DNA from: Planctomycetota bacterium
Lineage (GTDB): Bacteria > Planctomycetota > PLA2 > JAEUHO01
DNA length: 64,000 nt
Assembly (NCBI GenBank): GCA_965223505.1
Contig: CBDCWP010000031.1
Location: 64,001-128,000 of the forward strand
Direction of reading: 5' to 3'
Of this stretch, positions 41,101-49,227 are shown one piece after another (position 1 is the first letter of the stretch; every line of letters starts with the position of its first letter). Made by a program: the position numbers and the translations under genes. The notes under the pieces were generated by a model that was not told where the DNA came from, made no database searches, and worked only from the letters and a program-made list of their open reading frames with translations.

Positions 41101-42407
41101 ACGTGCACATCGAGCTCCGCGACGCCGACGGGAATCGCCGCGATACGGAAGCGTCCGTCGGCGTCGGTGCGGATGCCGCGCAGATGCGGGGCGCTGCCGA
41201 TGTGCCGCTTCTGGAACGGCCCCGTCAGCATGTACGCCTCGAGCTCCGCGGCGATGCCGTTCCCCTGCGCGTCGACGACCTGCCCTTCGAGCGGCACGCC
41301 TTCGCCGACGGTCAGCACGAATTCCTGGCCGGAGAGGGTCAGCGCCTGTACGCGTCGCAGCGCGCCGACACGAGGTGCGGGCGGGCGCGCCTCGACCTCG
41401 AACACGCCGTCGACCGGCAGGTCGCGGAAGACGAAGCGACCCCGTGCGTCGGTGGTCGTGGTCCGGGCGGGGGGCGTGGACGGCGTGCTGCGCCAACGCC
41501 AGCGGGCAATCCTCAGCTTGTCGACGTTCGAGCGCTCGGGAACGCGCAACCAGACTTCGACGTCGCGCTGCGGCGCACCGCCTGCGTCGATGACCCGACC
41601 GGCCAACCGCTTGTCGCCGTGCGGCGCGGCGGCCGGCGCCGGCGTCTCCGGTTGCGGTTGCGGCCGCCCCTGAAGGACGGTCGGCGCCTCGTCGGACGCG
41701 TCGCCACCGTCCGCGACCAGTTCCTGCGCCGGCGCCGGCGACGGCGGCATCGCGTCGCTGTTCGATGCCACCTGCCACCAGACGACCGAGAGCGCCGACA
41801 CCAACACCGCCGCGGCGATGCCCCACTTCGTCTTCGACACCATGACGCCTCCTCCGGCGAGCATCGGCAGCAGCGCGAGCTGCCACGTTCGTTCGTTGCC
41901 GCCATGTCGCGTCGTGAGCTCCGTGCGCAGCTGCTGCAGCGCGCGCTTGATGCGGGAGCGCACCGTCTCGACGGGTACGCCGAGCTCACCGGCGATCTTG
42001 CGGGGAGGCTGGTTGTCGAAGAAGCGCCGCAGGATCACCATGCGGTTCGGTTCCGAGAGCGTCAGCATCGCGTCGAGCAGCTGCTTCTGCGTCTCGACGC
42101 GTTGAATCGACTCGACGGTCGACGGCGCGTCGTCGCGCCGAAGTACGCCGTGCTCGTAGCGATCACGGCGCCGCGACGCGCGTGCGGACTCACGCGCCTT
42201 GTTGCGCACGATGCCCGACAGCCAAGGACCCCAGCCCTTGCGGCGCGTCGCGGCACGCTGCCAGCCCGTGATCAGCGCTTCCTGTGCGACGTCGTCCCCG
42301 CGGTGGGCGTCGCCCACCAGCGTGCGCGCGAGCCGGCGGCACCCGTCTACCTGCGCGAGCAGGCCTTCGAGATCGAGTCCATCGAGCTTCGGCACGTTCG
42401 ACGCCAT
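38190..42407 (-). CDS. ECF sigma-70 fused to TM helix and many carboxypeptidase-regulatory-like repeats
   Basis: Region 2 DDVAQEA...WLSGIVRN, region 4 IA.ELGVPVETVRSRIKRA, TM, then repeated G.V.D..G.P...TD..G.F units; SD GTGGAGG. Confidence 0.9.
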   Translation of the reverse strand: MASNVPKLDGLDLEGLLAQVDGCRRLARTLVGDAHRGDDVAQEALITGWQRAATRRKGWGPWLSGIVRNKARESARASRRRDRYEHGVLRRDDAPSTVESIQRVETQKQLLDAMLTLSEPNRMVILRRFFDNQPPRKIAGELGVPVETVRSRIKRALQQLRTELTTRHGGNERTWQLALLPMLAGGGVMVSKTKWGIAAAVLVSALSVVWWQVASNSDAMPPSPAPAQELVADGGDASDEAPTVLQGRPQPQPETPAPAAAPHGDKRLAGRVIDAGGAPQRDVEVWLRVPERSNVDKLRIARWRWRSTPSTPPARTTTTDARGRFVFRDLPVDGVFEVEARPPAPRVGALRRVQALTLSGQEFVLTVGEGVPLEGQVVDAQGNGIAAELEAYMLTGPFQKRHIGSAPHLRGIRTDADGRFRIAAIPVGVAELDVHVGGRVRRQFRVPVPSANVRLQAFEARGVTVRGAVVDAKRRPIANARVTIPIAEGELGLYAAGLALTDDDGAYVADGLPPGKLGEIVVDAEGFSTGTYGGGDRPLAAGDVVEANLTLQRGAAIEGSVRSADGEPIAGVQIGAHGPRYVAQRALSAEDGSFRFVVTPGARYALTGRGAGWYVPEQEDGAVKSTSPGLVAVYAPAEGGTTRIELIAARGAAIDVRVTDTDGTPVGDAVVSASVVRKDTRSRGAFFERRPAGLRTAADGTCRLSGLPPGFRWTLEARKGTQLALAEKPIELTSIETPQAVALTLREGARIAGRVLDENDRPVEGVGAALMTTYHYAMTTGSDGSFVFDGLAPGVYKVRIRPHMVDVEVAWGEKRDDIVVRVESKKRLRGVLRREDGSPVALSAVWVFNADNRNFREGNTITDAQGRFDVEVGAAKRYRLRVRSDWADGAWTPDDDIHAVVRSGGSTTDVTLRILGPDGAPVPTAKVTFERARGNHTFRGDKTVSDGTLVMQQPEEGESLKLTVTDVRDADGRSLDYLPQTLDIARGTSEREIRLREGRRIEGHVRDTEGQPVANVNVQAGDFIAQKYALTNDEGVFVLAALALETVKLTIRPPPAFLPVPAIEVPADQSEVRITLTRGHRHELRVVGADDEPVREAQVSMSGVHGGARWSRYGATNNDGVFVAEGIPERGVAKVRVTAVKATPPYPNAIRELELGGDLVIRLGAGVWIEGVVLNEANEPVAGASVAAYGAAKANRGVSARGRTDAAGAFRVGPVAAGRYAVRAEGGGFGGAEPQESDAPARGLRFVLPNVAKLEGTLHDKKGLDGWHIRFSKPGHTWQANKGDGNRFWIDDVSDVVGVVYAGHADGRYAMADDVRPSDGPFELHPKQGATITGLIENFQGPTKGPFLIAERGSLRIGARTTQDGRFTIQGLPPGRWKIVGYMGEPVGEIEAESGAKDVVFTYTP

Positions 42408-42425
42408 TTGCCTCCACCTTGATCG

Positions 42426-42451
42426 TGGCCGCTCGAGGCAAAAGCGGTTCG
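42426..42451 (-). promoter_or_regulatory. Putative ECF promoter upstream of the sigma fusion
   Basis: Minus strand CGAACCG-N5-GCCTCG-N2-CGGCCA, same blocks and spacing as 46304-46329. Confidence 0.6.
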
Positions 42452-42492
42452 TCCAGACTATGCTCAACCCGATGCCGTAAGGGAGCCCGAAG

Positions 42493-42852
42493 CTGGACCT
42501 GTGTCGAATCGTCCTTCTGGTGCGGGACTTCGAGCGGTCACTCGCGTTCTATCGGGACGTGCTGGGCCTGGACGCTGACCCGGTTCATCCCGGGTGGGCG
42601 GTGTTTCGAACGAACGACATCTTGTTGTGCCTCCGCGGCCCATGGCCGGAGATGACGTTTCACGTAGACGACTTCGGTCGTTCGCCGGATGAGCTGCTCT
42701 TCCGGGTCGCCGATCTCGACGCCGCACGCGCGGCACTCGAGGCGCGGGGCGTCGTCGTGGCGCCGACACACGAGCCCGGACCCGGATTGCGCGTCGCCGA
42801 GCTGGCTGACCCCGACGGCCGACGCATCGCCCTGGAGGAGCGTACGGGCTAG
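42493..42852 (+). CDS. VOC/glyoxalase family protein
   Basis: IVLLVRDFERSLAFYRDVLG, F.VADLDAA...L.ARGV, DPDGRRIAL; first strand requires a start upstream of GTG 42520, probably CTG 42493. Confidence 0.85.
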   Translation: MDLCRIVLLVRDFERSLAFYRDVLGLDADPVHPGWAVFRTNDILLCLRGPWPEMTFHVDDFGRSPDELLFRVADLDAARAALEARGVVVAPTHEPGPGLRVAELADPDGRRIALEERTG

Positions 42853-43014
42853 GGTTCGTCTGCCAATCGTCCTGCTGCGGTCAGCGACCCTCTCGCTGCG
42901 ACAGGCCCGAATTCGGAACCTCGCAAAGGGCCAGAGCCCGCCTGCGGCGAGAACCGGCTCGTCCGGCCGCGTCGGTCGCCCCACCCCGACGGAGAGTCGT
43001 CAGACAGCCCCTAG
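42849..43014. mobile_element. Candidate MITE (158 bp) flanked by CTAG direct repeats
   Basis: CTAG-GGTTCGTCTGCCAAT...GTCGTCAGACAGCCC-CTAG; imperfect terminal inverted repeats (9/15, shared GG...GTCTG.C). Confidence 0.4.
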
Positions 43015-46000
43015 GGCTTCTCGAGCCTCAGCACGACGTCGCGCGCGCCATGGGCGACGTCCGCGAGGTCCGCCCGGTAGAGCACCGTCTCGACCATGGC
43101 CTGGGCGACCAGCGTCACCGTGTCCGAACGCTGCGGGTCGGTGATGAGGGTGAACGTGCCGTCCTCGCGCGTCGTGAACGAGTACAGGGGGCGGCCTGCG
43201 TCCACGCTCCGCACATACCCCTTGGCGAAGGGCGCGCCGTCGGGTCCGAACAGCGTGCCGGTCAAGACCGAACCCATGCGCAGCTTCACGACGATCTCCT
43301 GTCCGGCGGGTGTGACCTCCTGTCCCGGCGGCGCGACCCACGGCCGCTCGGCGTTGCCGGCGTACGAGATCGTGAGCGTGCGCTCGAGCGCCGGGATCTT
43401 CTCGATGGTGACGCGTCCGTCCGCGCCGGTCTGCAGGACGCCCGCACCCGGCAGAGCGGGGTTCAGGATGATGTACGCGGTCTTGACCGGGTTGCCGTCC
43501 GGGTCGAGGACGAGCACCGACAGGCTCTTGTCCTCGGCAAGGCGCTTCGTGACGACGCGTACGTCCTTGGTGCCGACGCGTACGCCTTCGAGGCGTCCGG
43601 CGAATGGGACGTTGACCGGCTGGGAGCCCATGTTCGTCTTCTGCCACGCCATGCCCTCGAAGACGAGGTCCACGACAGAGTCCGGCGGCAGCGCGAAGCT
43701 GAACTTGCCGAGCTCGTTCGAGGTCGCGTTCGCCAGCACGTCGTCCCCGCGACGGGCTTCCAGCATGGCGCCGGCGATCGGCGACCCACCGGGCTGCACG
43801 ATGACGCCGGTGATGTACGCCGCTTTGCGCATCGTGATCGTCACCTCGTCCGTGTTCGGATCGACATCGACGCCCGACGCACGCTGATAGGGGTTGTCGC
43901 CCAGCATCAACACCCGCACCGTGACCGTCTCGGCCGGGAGCACGAGCTCCAGGCCCCCGTGTCCGTCCACCTGGCCGCTCACGTTCAATCGGCCGGTCGC
44001 GTCCGTCGCGATCACGAACGCGCCGGCGACCGGCTTTCCGTCCTCGTCCTTCACCCGGACGCTGACGCTGCGCCCGCCCTCGTACGTGAGGTCTTTCTCC
44101 GTCGTCTTGCCTTCGACGAGCTCGACGCGCGCCGAGGCGCCGGGGCGCGTGCCGGTGCGCGACGCGAGCTGGTACGCGCCCGGCGGCACGTCGACGAAGC
44201 GGAAGCGGCCGAGGTCGTCCGTCCGGCGTTCGACCGTCTGACCGTACGAGGTCTGCGCCGGCTCGCCCGAGCGGCGCATGGACGCGCGGTCCTCGTTGGC
44301 GCCCATGAGGCTGACGCCGACACGCGCCGCGGGCGTGCCGTCCGATTCGAGAACACGGCCGATGAGCTCGCACGGACGCGGCAGCTTCAGGTCGCCCAGG
44401 TCGATGACGTCCTCGGTCGAGGCGTCGAAGTCGAAGAGCATGCGGGCGTGTCCCCGCGCGCGCACGATGAGCGTGTGCGGCATGTCTCGCCGCAGGCCGT
44501 CGAGCTCGAAGCGGCCGTCCGCACCCGTTCGTGTCGAGTCGAGCGACGTCTGCTGGTCGTCGTTGTGGAACTGCGAGCCGATTGCCGCGACGCGCACGCG
44601 GTCCACGGGTGCGCCGTCGTGTCCGAGGATGCGGCCGACGACCCGGTTGCCGCGTTTCAGCTCGAAGTCGATCTCGGAGCGGCGTCCGACGTTCGCAAAC
44701 GCGCGGCCGTAGCCCTCGGCGAGCACGTGGATGTCCATGACGTGCTTGCCGCTCCAACCCGGCAGGACGTACCGGCCGTTGGCATCCGTGCGCACCTCCG
44801 GCTCGAGCACCCAGTTGACGCCGACCCTGGCGTTCTCGATCGGCTTGCCGGTGTACGCGTCCGTCACTCGTCCCGTCAGCGTTCGGCCCTCGGGCAGCGT
44901 CAGCTCGAAGCTTCCCTTCGCGCTGCCGGGCGTGATGACCTCCACCCAGCCCGGGTTGCCCCAGCCTTCGCGGGTGACGTGCACGTCGAGCGTCGCGCTG
45001 ATGCCGGGCGGCAGTCCGGTGAAGACGACGTCGCCGTCCGCGTCCGTCGTCCCGAGCCGGCGCAGCGCCGAGTCGCCCTTGTGGCCGCCCCGGAACAGCT
45101 CGACCGGAACGTCGTCCGCCGGCGAGCCGTCCGGTGCCCTGACCGTGACCGTCAGCTCGACGCCCGCGTGCAAGCGCACGCGCAAGCGCTCGCCTGCCTG
45201 GACTTGCGCCATCTCCGTTTGCGCAAACCCTTCGGCGGTCACGCGCAGGTGGACGAAGTCGCCGCGCGCGAGCCGGATGGAGAACGTCCCGTCGGAGGCG
45301 CTCCATCCGAGCTCGCCGGTCTCCTCCTCGTTGTGCCCGCCATCGGTGATCAGGTCCGCGTAGCGCCAGGGGAAGCGAACGACCTGAAGTCGCGCGCCGG
45401 CAACGGGCGTCCCGTCGGGGCCCACCACGATGCCGTGCAGGTCACGGTCACGGTCGACCGTCGCGAGGTCGACCGGTGCGGGGATGCGCACCGCCGACGC
45501 CGGCTCGTGCTCGAGCGCGGAACCGTCGCCGCGACCGGTCAGACCGGTTTCGCCGGCGGCGTCGTCGCCTTCGAGCATCGCCCGCTCGTCGACGGCGTCG
45601 TGCGCATCGGACGCACTGCCGTCGAACACGCCGAACCACCAGCACGTCGTCAACGCCACGAGCACGATTGCCGCGCCCGCGATCCACTGTGTCTTTGCGC
45701 TCATCACCGCACCTCCGATCGTGGCGGGAAGCCACGGCGCCGGACGCAGCGCCGGCACCGGAAGCAAGGCGACCTGCCATGCTCTCCGGTTGCCGTCGTG
45801 CTTCTCGTCCAGCGCCAGCCGCAGCTGATGGAGGGCGCGCTTGAGCCGCGTTCGCACCGTCTCGACGGGAACCTCCAGCTCGCGCGCGATGACGCGCGGC
45901 GGTTGGTTCTCGAAGAAACGTCGCCAGACGACGGTCCGGTACGCATCGGGCAGCGTCATCACGGCGTCGAGCAACCGTTTCTGCGCTTCGACGCGGACGG

Positions 46001-46286
46001 CGAGCTCGGCGGTCGACGGGGCCGCGTCCGGGCGCAGCGCCGCCTGCTCGTGCCGCACGCGCCGCACGGCGGCACGCTTCGACTCGCGCGCCTTGTTACG
46101 CACGATGCCCGCGAGCCAGCCCCGCCATCCGCGGCTATCGGGCGGCGGACGCTGCATACCGGTCAGGAGCGCATCCTGCGTGACGTCGTCGGCGCCCTGC
46201 GGATCGCGTACGAGCTTCTCGGCCAGCCGGCGCGAACCGTCCACGTGCGACAGCAGCGCATCGAGGTCGGGTTCGTTCGGCGTCAT
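43011..46286 (-). CDS. ECF sigma-70 fused to TM helix and carboxypeptidase-regulatory-like repeats (paralog of 38190-42407)
   Basis: DDVTQDA...WLAGIVRNKARES, RFFENQPPR.IA.EL.VPVETVRTRLKRA; TM; repeats. Confidence 0.9.
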   Translation of the reverse strand: MTPNEPDLDALLSHVDGSRRLAEKLVRDPQGADDVTQDALLTGMQRPPPDSRGWRGWLAGIVRNKARESKRAAVRRVRHEQAALRPDAAPSTAELAVRVEAQKRLLDAVMTLPDAYRTVVWRRFFENQPPRVIARELEVPVETVRTRLKRALHQLRLALDEKHDGNRRAWQVALLPVPALRPAPWLPATIGGAVMSAKTQWIAGAAIVLVALTTCWWFGVFDGSASDAHDAVDERAMLEGDDAAGETGLTGRGDGSALEHEPASAVRIPAPVDLATVDRDRDLHGIVVGPDGTPVAGARLQVVRFPWRYADLITDGGHNEEETGELGWSASDGTFSIRLARGDFVHLRVTAEGFAQTEMAQVQAGERLRVRLHAGVELTVTVRAPDGSPADDVPVELFRGGHKGDSALRRLGTTDADGDVVFTGLPPGISATLDVHVTREGWGNPGWVEVITPGSAKGSFELTLPEGRTLTGRVTDAYTGKPIENARVGVNWVLEPEVRTDANGRYVLPGWSGKHVMDIHVLAEGYGRAFANVGRRSEIDFELKRGNRVVGRILGHDGAPVDRVRVAAIGSQFHNDDQQTSLDSTRTGADGRFELDGLRRDMPHTLIVRARGHARMLFDFDASTEDVIDLGDLKLPRPCELIGRVLESDGTPAARVGVSLMGANEDRASMRRSGEPAQTSYGQTVERRTDDLGRFRFVDVPPGAYQLASRTGTRPGASARVELVEGKTTEKDLTYEGGRSVSVRVKDEDGKPVAGAFVIATDATGRLNVSGQVDGHGGLELVLPAETVTVRVLMLGDNPYQRASGVDVDPNTDEVTITMRKAAYITGVIVQPGGSPIAGAMLEARRGDDVLANATSNELGKFSFALPPDSVVDLVFEGMAWQKTNMGSQPVNVPFAGRLEGVRVGTKDVRVVTKRLAEDKSLSVLVLDPDGNPVKTAYIILNPALPGAGVLQTGADGRVTIEKIPALERTLTISYAGNAERPWVAPPGQEVTPAGQEIVVKLRMGSVLTGTLFGPDGAPFAKGYVRSVDAGRPLYSFTTREDGTFTLITDPQRSDTVTLVAQAMVETVLYRADLADVAHGARDVVLRLEKP

Positions 46287-46303
46287 CGACCCTCCACTCT
46301 AGT

Positions 46304-46329
46304 TGGCCGGCCGAGGCCGATTCGGTTCG
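46304..46329 (-). promoter_or_regulatory. Putative ECF promoter upstream of the second sigma fusion
   Basis: Minus strand CGAACCG-N5-GCCTCG-N2-CGGCCA followed by GTGGAGG SD. Confidence 0.6.
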
Positions 46330-46394
46330 GGAAAAGCCAGATGTGCGCCGCACACGGCGATCTGCTACGACTTGGGGCGGATAGAAGGGAGTTC

Positions 46395-47162
46395 ATGATG
46401 ATGATGACATGGTTTGGTGCGGCGTCCCCGTTGTCGGTCGTCGCTATTGTCCTTGCTACCGTGCTCGTGATGCTGTTCCTGCGCAGCTACAAGGAGGGCC
46501 GCTTCAAGATCGGCCTCATCGAGATCGGCGCCGCACTCGCCGTCGCCGCGTTCTACATGTTCTTCAGCGGCGAGATCAAGGAGCTCTCCGTCGGTGACGT
46601 CAAGCTCACCCGCAACCTCGAGCGAGCGGCTCGTCGACCTGCCCTCGCTGCGTCGAGCGCTGTCGAGTTCAAGGAGCTGCCCGCAGACCCCAAGCTGGGA
46701 ACGTCACAGATTCCGAGGTACCGGCGAAGCGGACTTGAAGCGCTGAGTTTCACCATCGGAGGGCAACAATACGATTCGTCGGTGATCCGCGAGTATCTGA
46801 CGCAGCTCACGACCAAAGGCAAGCTCAAGTACCTGGTGTTCAACGACACCGACGGAGCGACAGTGTGCATCGCAGACGCGGTACGGCTGGCGCAAGCTGT
46901 GAGGACCGACTCGTTTGCGAACGAGTTGACCGAGTGGATCAGGGGTGGGGAGCTCGACGCGCTGACGTCGCTGCCCGGCTACGTCTACAAGGACGACTTC
47001 ATCCGCATGGACATGACCAAGGCCGAAGCGCTCGATACGCTCGTCACGGCGGCGCTCGTAGAGGCGCCGGTGGTAGACGACAAGGGCCGCTTCATCGGCG
47101 TGGCCCGACGCGACGACATCGTCGCCGCGCTCACGCTCGCGCTTGCCGAGGGCGCGAAGTAG
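46395..47162 (+). CDS. Membrane protein with two N-terminal TM helices and C-terminal CBS domain
   Basis: SD AAGGGAG; two TM; T..EAL..L......APVVDDKGRFIGV....I CBS motif. Confidence 0.8.
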   Translation: MMMMTWFGAASPLSVVAIVLATVLVMLFLRSYKEGRFKIGLIEIGAALAVAAFYMFFSGEIKELSVGDVKLTRNLERAARRPALAASSAVEFKELPADPKLGTSQIPRYRRSGLEALSFTIGGQQYDSSVIREYLTQLTTKGKLKYLVFNDTDGATVCIADAVRLAQAVRTDSFANELTEWIRGGELDALTSLPGYVYKDDFIRMDMTKAEALDTLVTAALVEAPVVDDKGRFIGVARRDDIVAALTLALAEGAK

Positions 47163-47165
47163 CGC

Positions 47166-48494
47166 CTACGTACCCTGCGTGTACTGGATCCAGACCGCTG
47201 CGGTCTGCACCTCGTCGCCCTGATGGCCCGTAACGATGGCCTTGCCGATCGGCAACAGCCAGCGGCCCTCGCGCAGCTCCGTGTTCTTGTCGATCAACCG
47301 CAGCTCCGGCAGCTCGATCGTCACTGTCGGACCGGCGCCGAGGTCCGTCTCGAAGTCCGGCATCGTGTACGGCCAGGCCCAGCGTACGTGCAGCGTCGTG
47401 CCGTCTTCGCCCCGTTCGAGCCGGGCGTCGCGTCCCGACAGGATCGTCCCGATGACCGGGTCGGCCACGGTTGGCCAGCCCTTCGGAAGCGGCGCGTCGC
47501 GCTCGTGACCGTCGGGAACGATCACGTCGTAGTCCTGGACGTACGACGTCTGGAGCAGCGACGCGATACGCGCGCCGCTCACCGCGGCCGAGGTGAGCTC
47601 CAGGCGACCGAAGTGGCGCGCGCGTCGACGGATGAGCTCGCGGGCCGCCTGCTCGGTCATCAGCGTGCTCGGCAACGCGGCGTCCACCATCACGAAGTCC
47701 AGGACGACCGCCGCGTTGCCGCTCGTCGCGTTCGCGGCCTCGGCGACCATCGCGCGCAGGTCGACGTCGGTGGTATCCAGACCCCAAGCCCTTTCGGCGT
47801 CGACGGAGAGAGGTTCGGGCGCGGCGGGGGCCCGCTCGGCCGTGACCCCGGGCAGCGCCACCTGCGTCACGTCGCCGACGGCCGTCACCGACGCCGTGAG
47901 CTCGATGCGTCCGGAGCCGTCGGGCGCGGGGAGCCTTGCAAGTGTCAGCGTCGAGCCGATCTCGACCTTGCGAACACCACTGGATCGTCCCAGGTCCAGC
48001 TTGGGTAGCTGGACCTTCCCGGGTGCGCCGCCGCGCGTGAAGCGCACGGTCTTCTTGCGAATGGGCGTTCGCAGGTCGGCCGCGGTCGCGTCGAACCCGA
48101 CCCACGCGGAGGACGCATCGCCTTCGACGGGGACGACCAGCAGGTCGAGCGTCACGCCGTCCTGGAGGATGCCGATGATCGGGTCCACGACCCACGAACC
48201 TTCGCTGACCTCCGCGTCGTAGTCCTGCACGAAGGAGAGTTGATTCAGCACCGTGACCTGCGAGAGCTGCCCCGGCTGTACGCCGATCTTCGGCGCGGTG
48301 AGCACGCGGGGCCGGCCGCTGCGCACGACGCGAAAGCGCGTCTCGACGACGTAGTGGGGCCCGTCCATCCCGTCGAGCTGCACAGCGGGAACGCGGACCT
48401 CGTTGTCGAGGAGATTCGGCGCACGGCGGCGCGGGCTGCGCGCGCACGCGATCAAGGCGACGGAGAGAACGGCTAGACAAGTGGTCAATCGCAT
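47166..48494 (-). CDS. Putative lipoprotein with two secretin-like (GspD C-terminal) segments
   Basis: Lipobox LIAC; TAPKI...GQ...V.VLNQ.SFVQDYD.EV......DPIIG.LQDG..LD, and a second copy SYVQDYDV...DPVIG.I.SG...IELPEL. Confidence 0.65.
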   Translation of the reverse strand: MRLTTCLAVLSVALIACARSPRRRAPNLLDNEVRVPAVQLDGMDGPHYVVETRFRVVRSGRPRVLTAPKIGVQPGQLSQVTVLNQLSFVQDYDAEVSEGSWVVDPIIGILQDGVTLDLLVVPVEGDASSAWVGFDATAADLRTPIRKKTVRFTRGGAPGKVQLPKLDLGRSSGVRKVEIGSTLTLARLPAPDGSGRIELTASVTAVGDVTQVALPGVTAERAPAAPEPLSVDAERAWGLDTTDVDLRAMVAEAANATSGNAAVVLDFVMVDAALPSTLMTEQAARELIRRRARHFGRLELTSAAVSGARIASLLQTSYVQDYDVIVPDGHERDAPLPKGWPTVADPVIGTILSGRDARLERGEDGTTLHVRWAWPYTMPDFETDLGAGPTVTIELPELRLIDKNTELREGRWLLPIGKAIVTGHQGDEVQTAAVWIQYTQGT

Positions 48495-48689
48495 GGCCCC
48501 AGCTTGGCCGGCGGCCGCCATGCAGCGGTCACTCCACCGTCATTCGGTCGTAACCTCCCTCAGGACCTTGGGCTGCGCGGCGCGAGCGAGTTCGATCACG
48601 GCGCCGCGTTGCGGCGTGGACGAACTTGCACTCGGGTCGGCCCCGGAAGTCTGGTACGACGGGGGCCCCCGGCCGGATCGGAGAGGTCC

Positions 48690-49178
48690 TTGTCCGCCGT
48701 CCTCATCGCCCTCGCCATCGCCGCGCTGCTCGTCGGGTTCCTCGGTTGCATCGTTCCCGTGCTGCCGGGGCCGCCCATCAGCTTCGTGGCCGTGCTGCTC
48801 GTCTGGGGGGCGCAAGGCTGGGACGCCGAGACGTTCGGTGCCGCGACCGTGGTCGTGCTCGCGGCCGCGACGATCATCGTGACCATCCTGGATTTCGTCG
48901 TGCCCATCTGGGGCGCGAAGAAATACGGGGCGTCGAGCGCGGGCATCTGGATGTCGGTGCTCGGCATGCTCCTCGGCATCTTCTTCTTCCCGCCGTTCGG
49001 CATGGTGCTCGGCGCGTTCTTCGGCGCGCTCGCCGGCGAGTACATGGCGGGCAAGGGCGACGGCGACGCGTGGAGAGCCGCGTGGGGCGTCTTCGTCGGA
49101 ACGATGCTGGGCGTCTTCCTGAAGCTCGTCGTCTCCGGCGTCATCACCTTCTACACGGTCCGGGAGCTCTTTGCATAG
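48690..49178 (+). CDS. DUF456 family membrane protein
   Basis: G..GCIVPVLPGPP, D.....WGAKKYGAS, PPFG...G.F.GA..GE; TTG start after GGAGAGG. Confidence 0.88.
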   Translation: MSAVLIALAIAALLVGFLGCIVPVLPGPPISFVAVLLVWGAQGWDAETFGAATVVVLAAATIIVTILDFVVPIWGAKKYGASSAGIWMSVLGMLLGIFFFPPFGMVLGAFFGALAGEYMAGKGDGDAWRAAWGVFVGTMLGVFLKLVVSGVITFYTVRELFA

Positions 49179-49227
49179 CGGGTACGCGAGCGGGGCTACA
49201 CTTCGCTCGTTGCCGCGGAGGTGTTTC

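Noticed and set aside
43050..47162. 1370-aa plus-strand ORF
   Set aside because: Mostly antisense shadow of 43011-46286; only 46395-47162 looks like a real protein.
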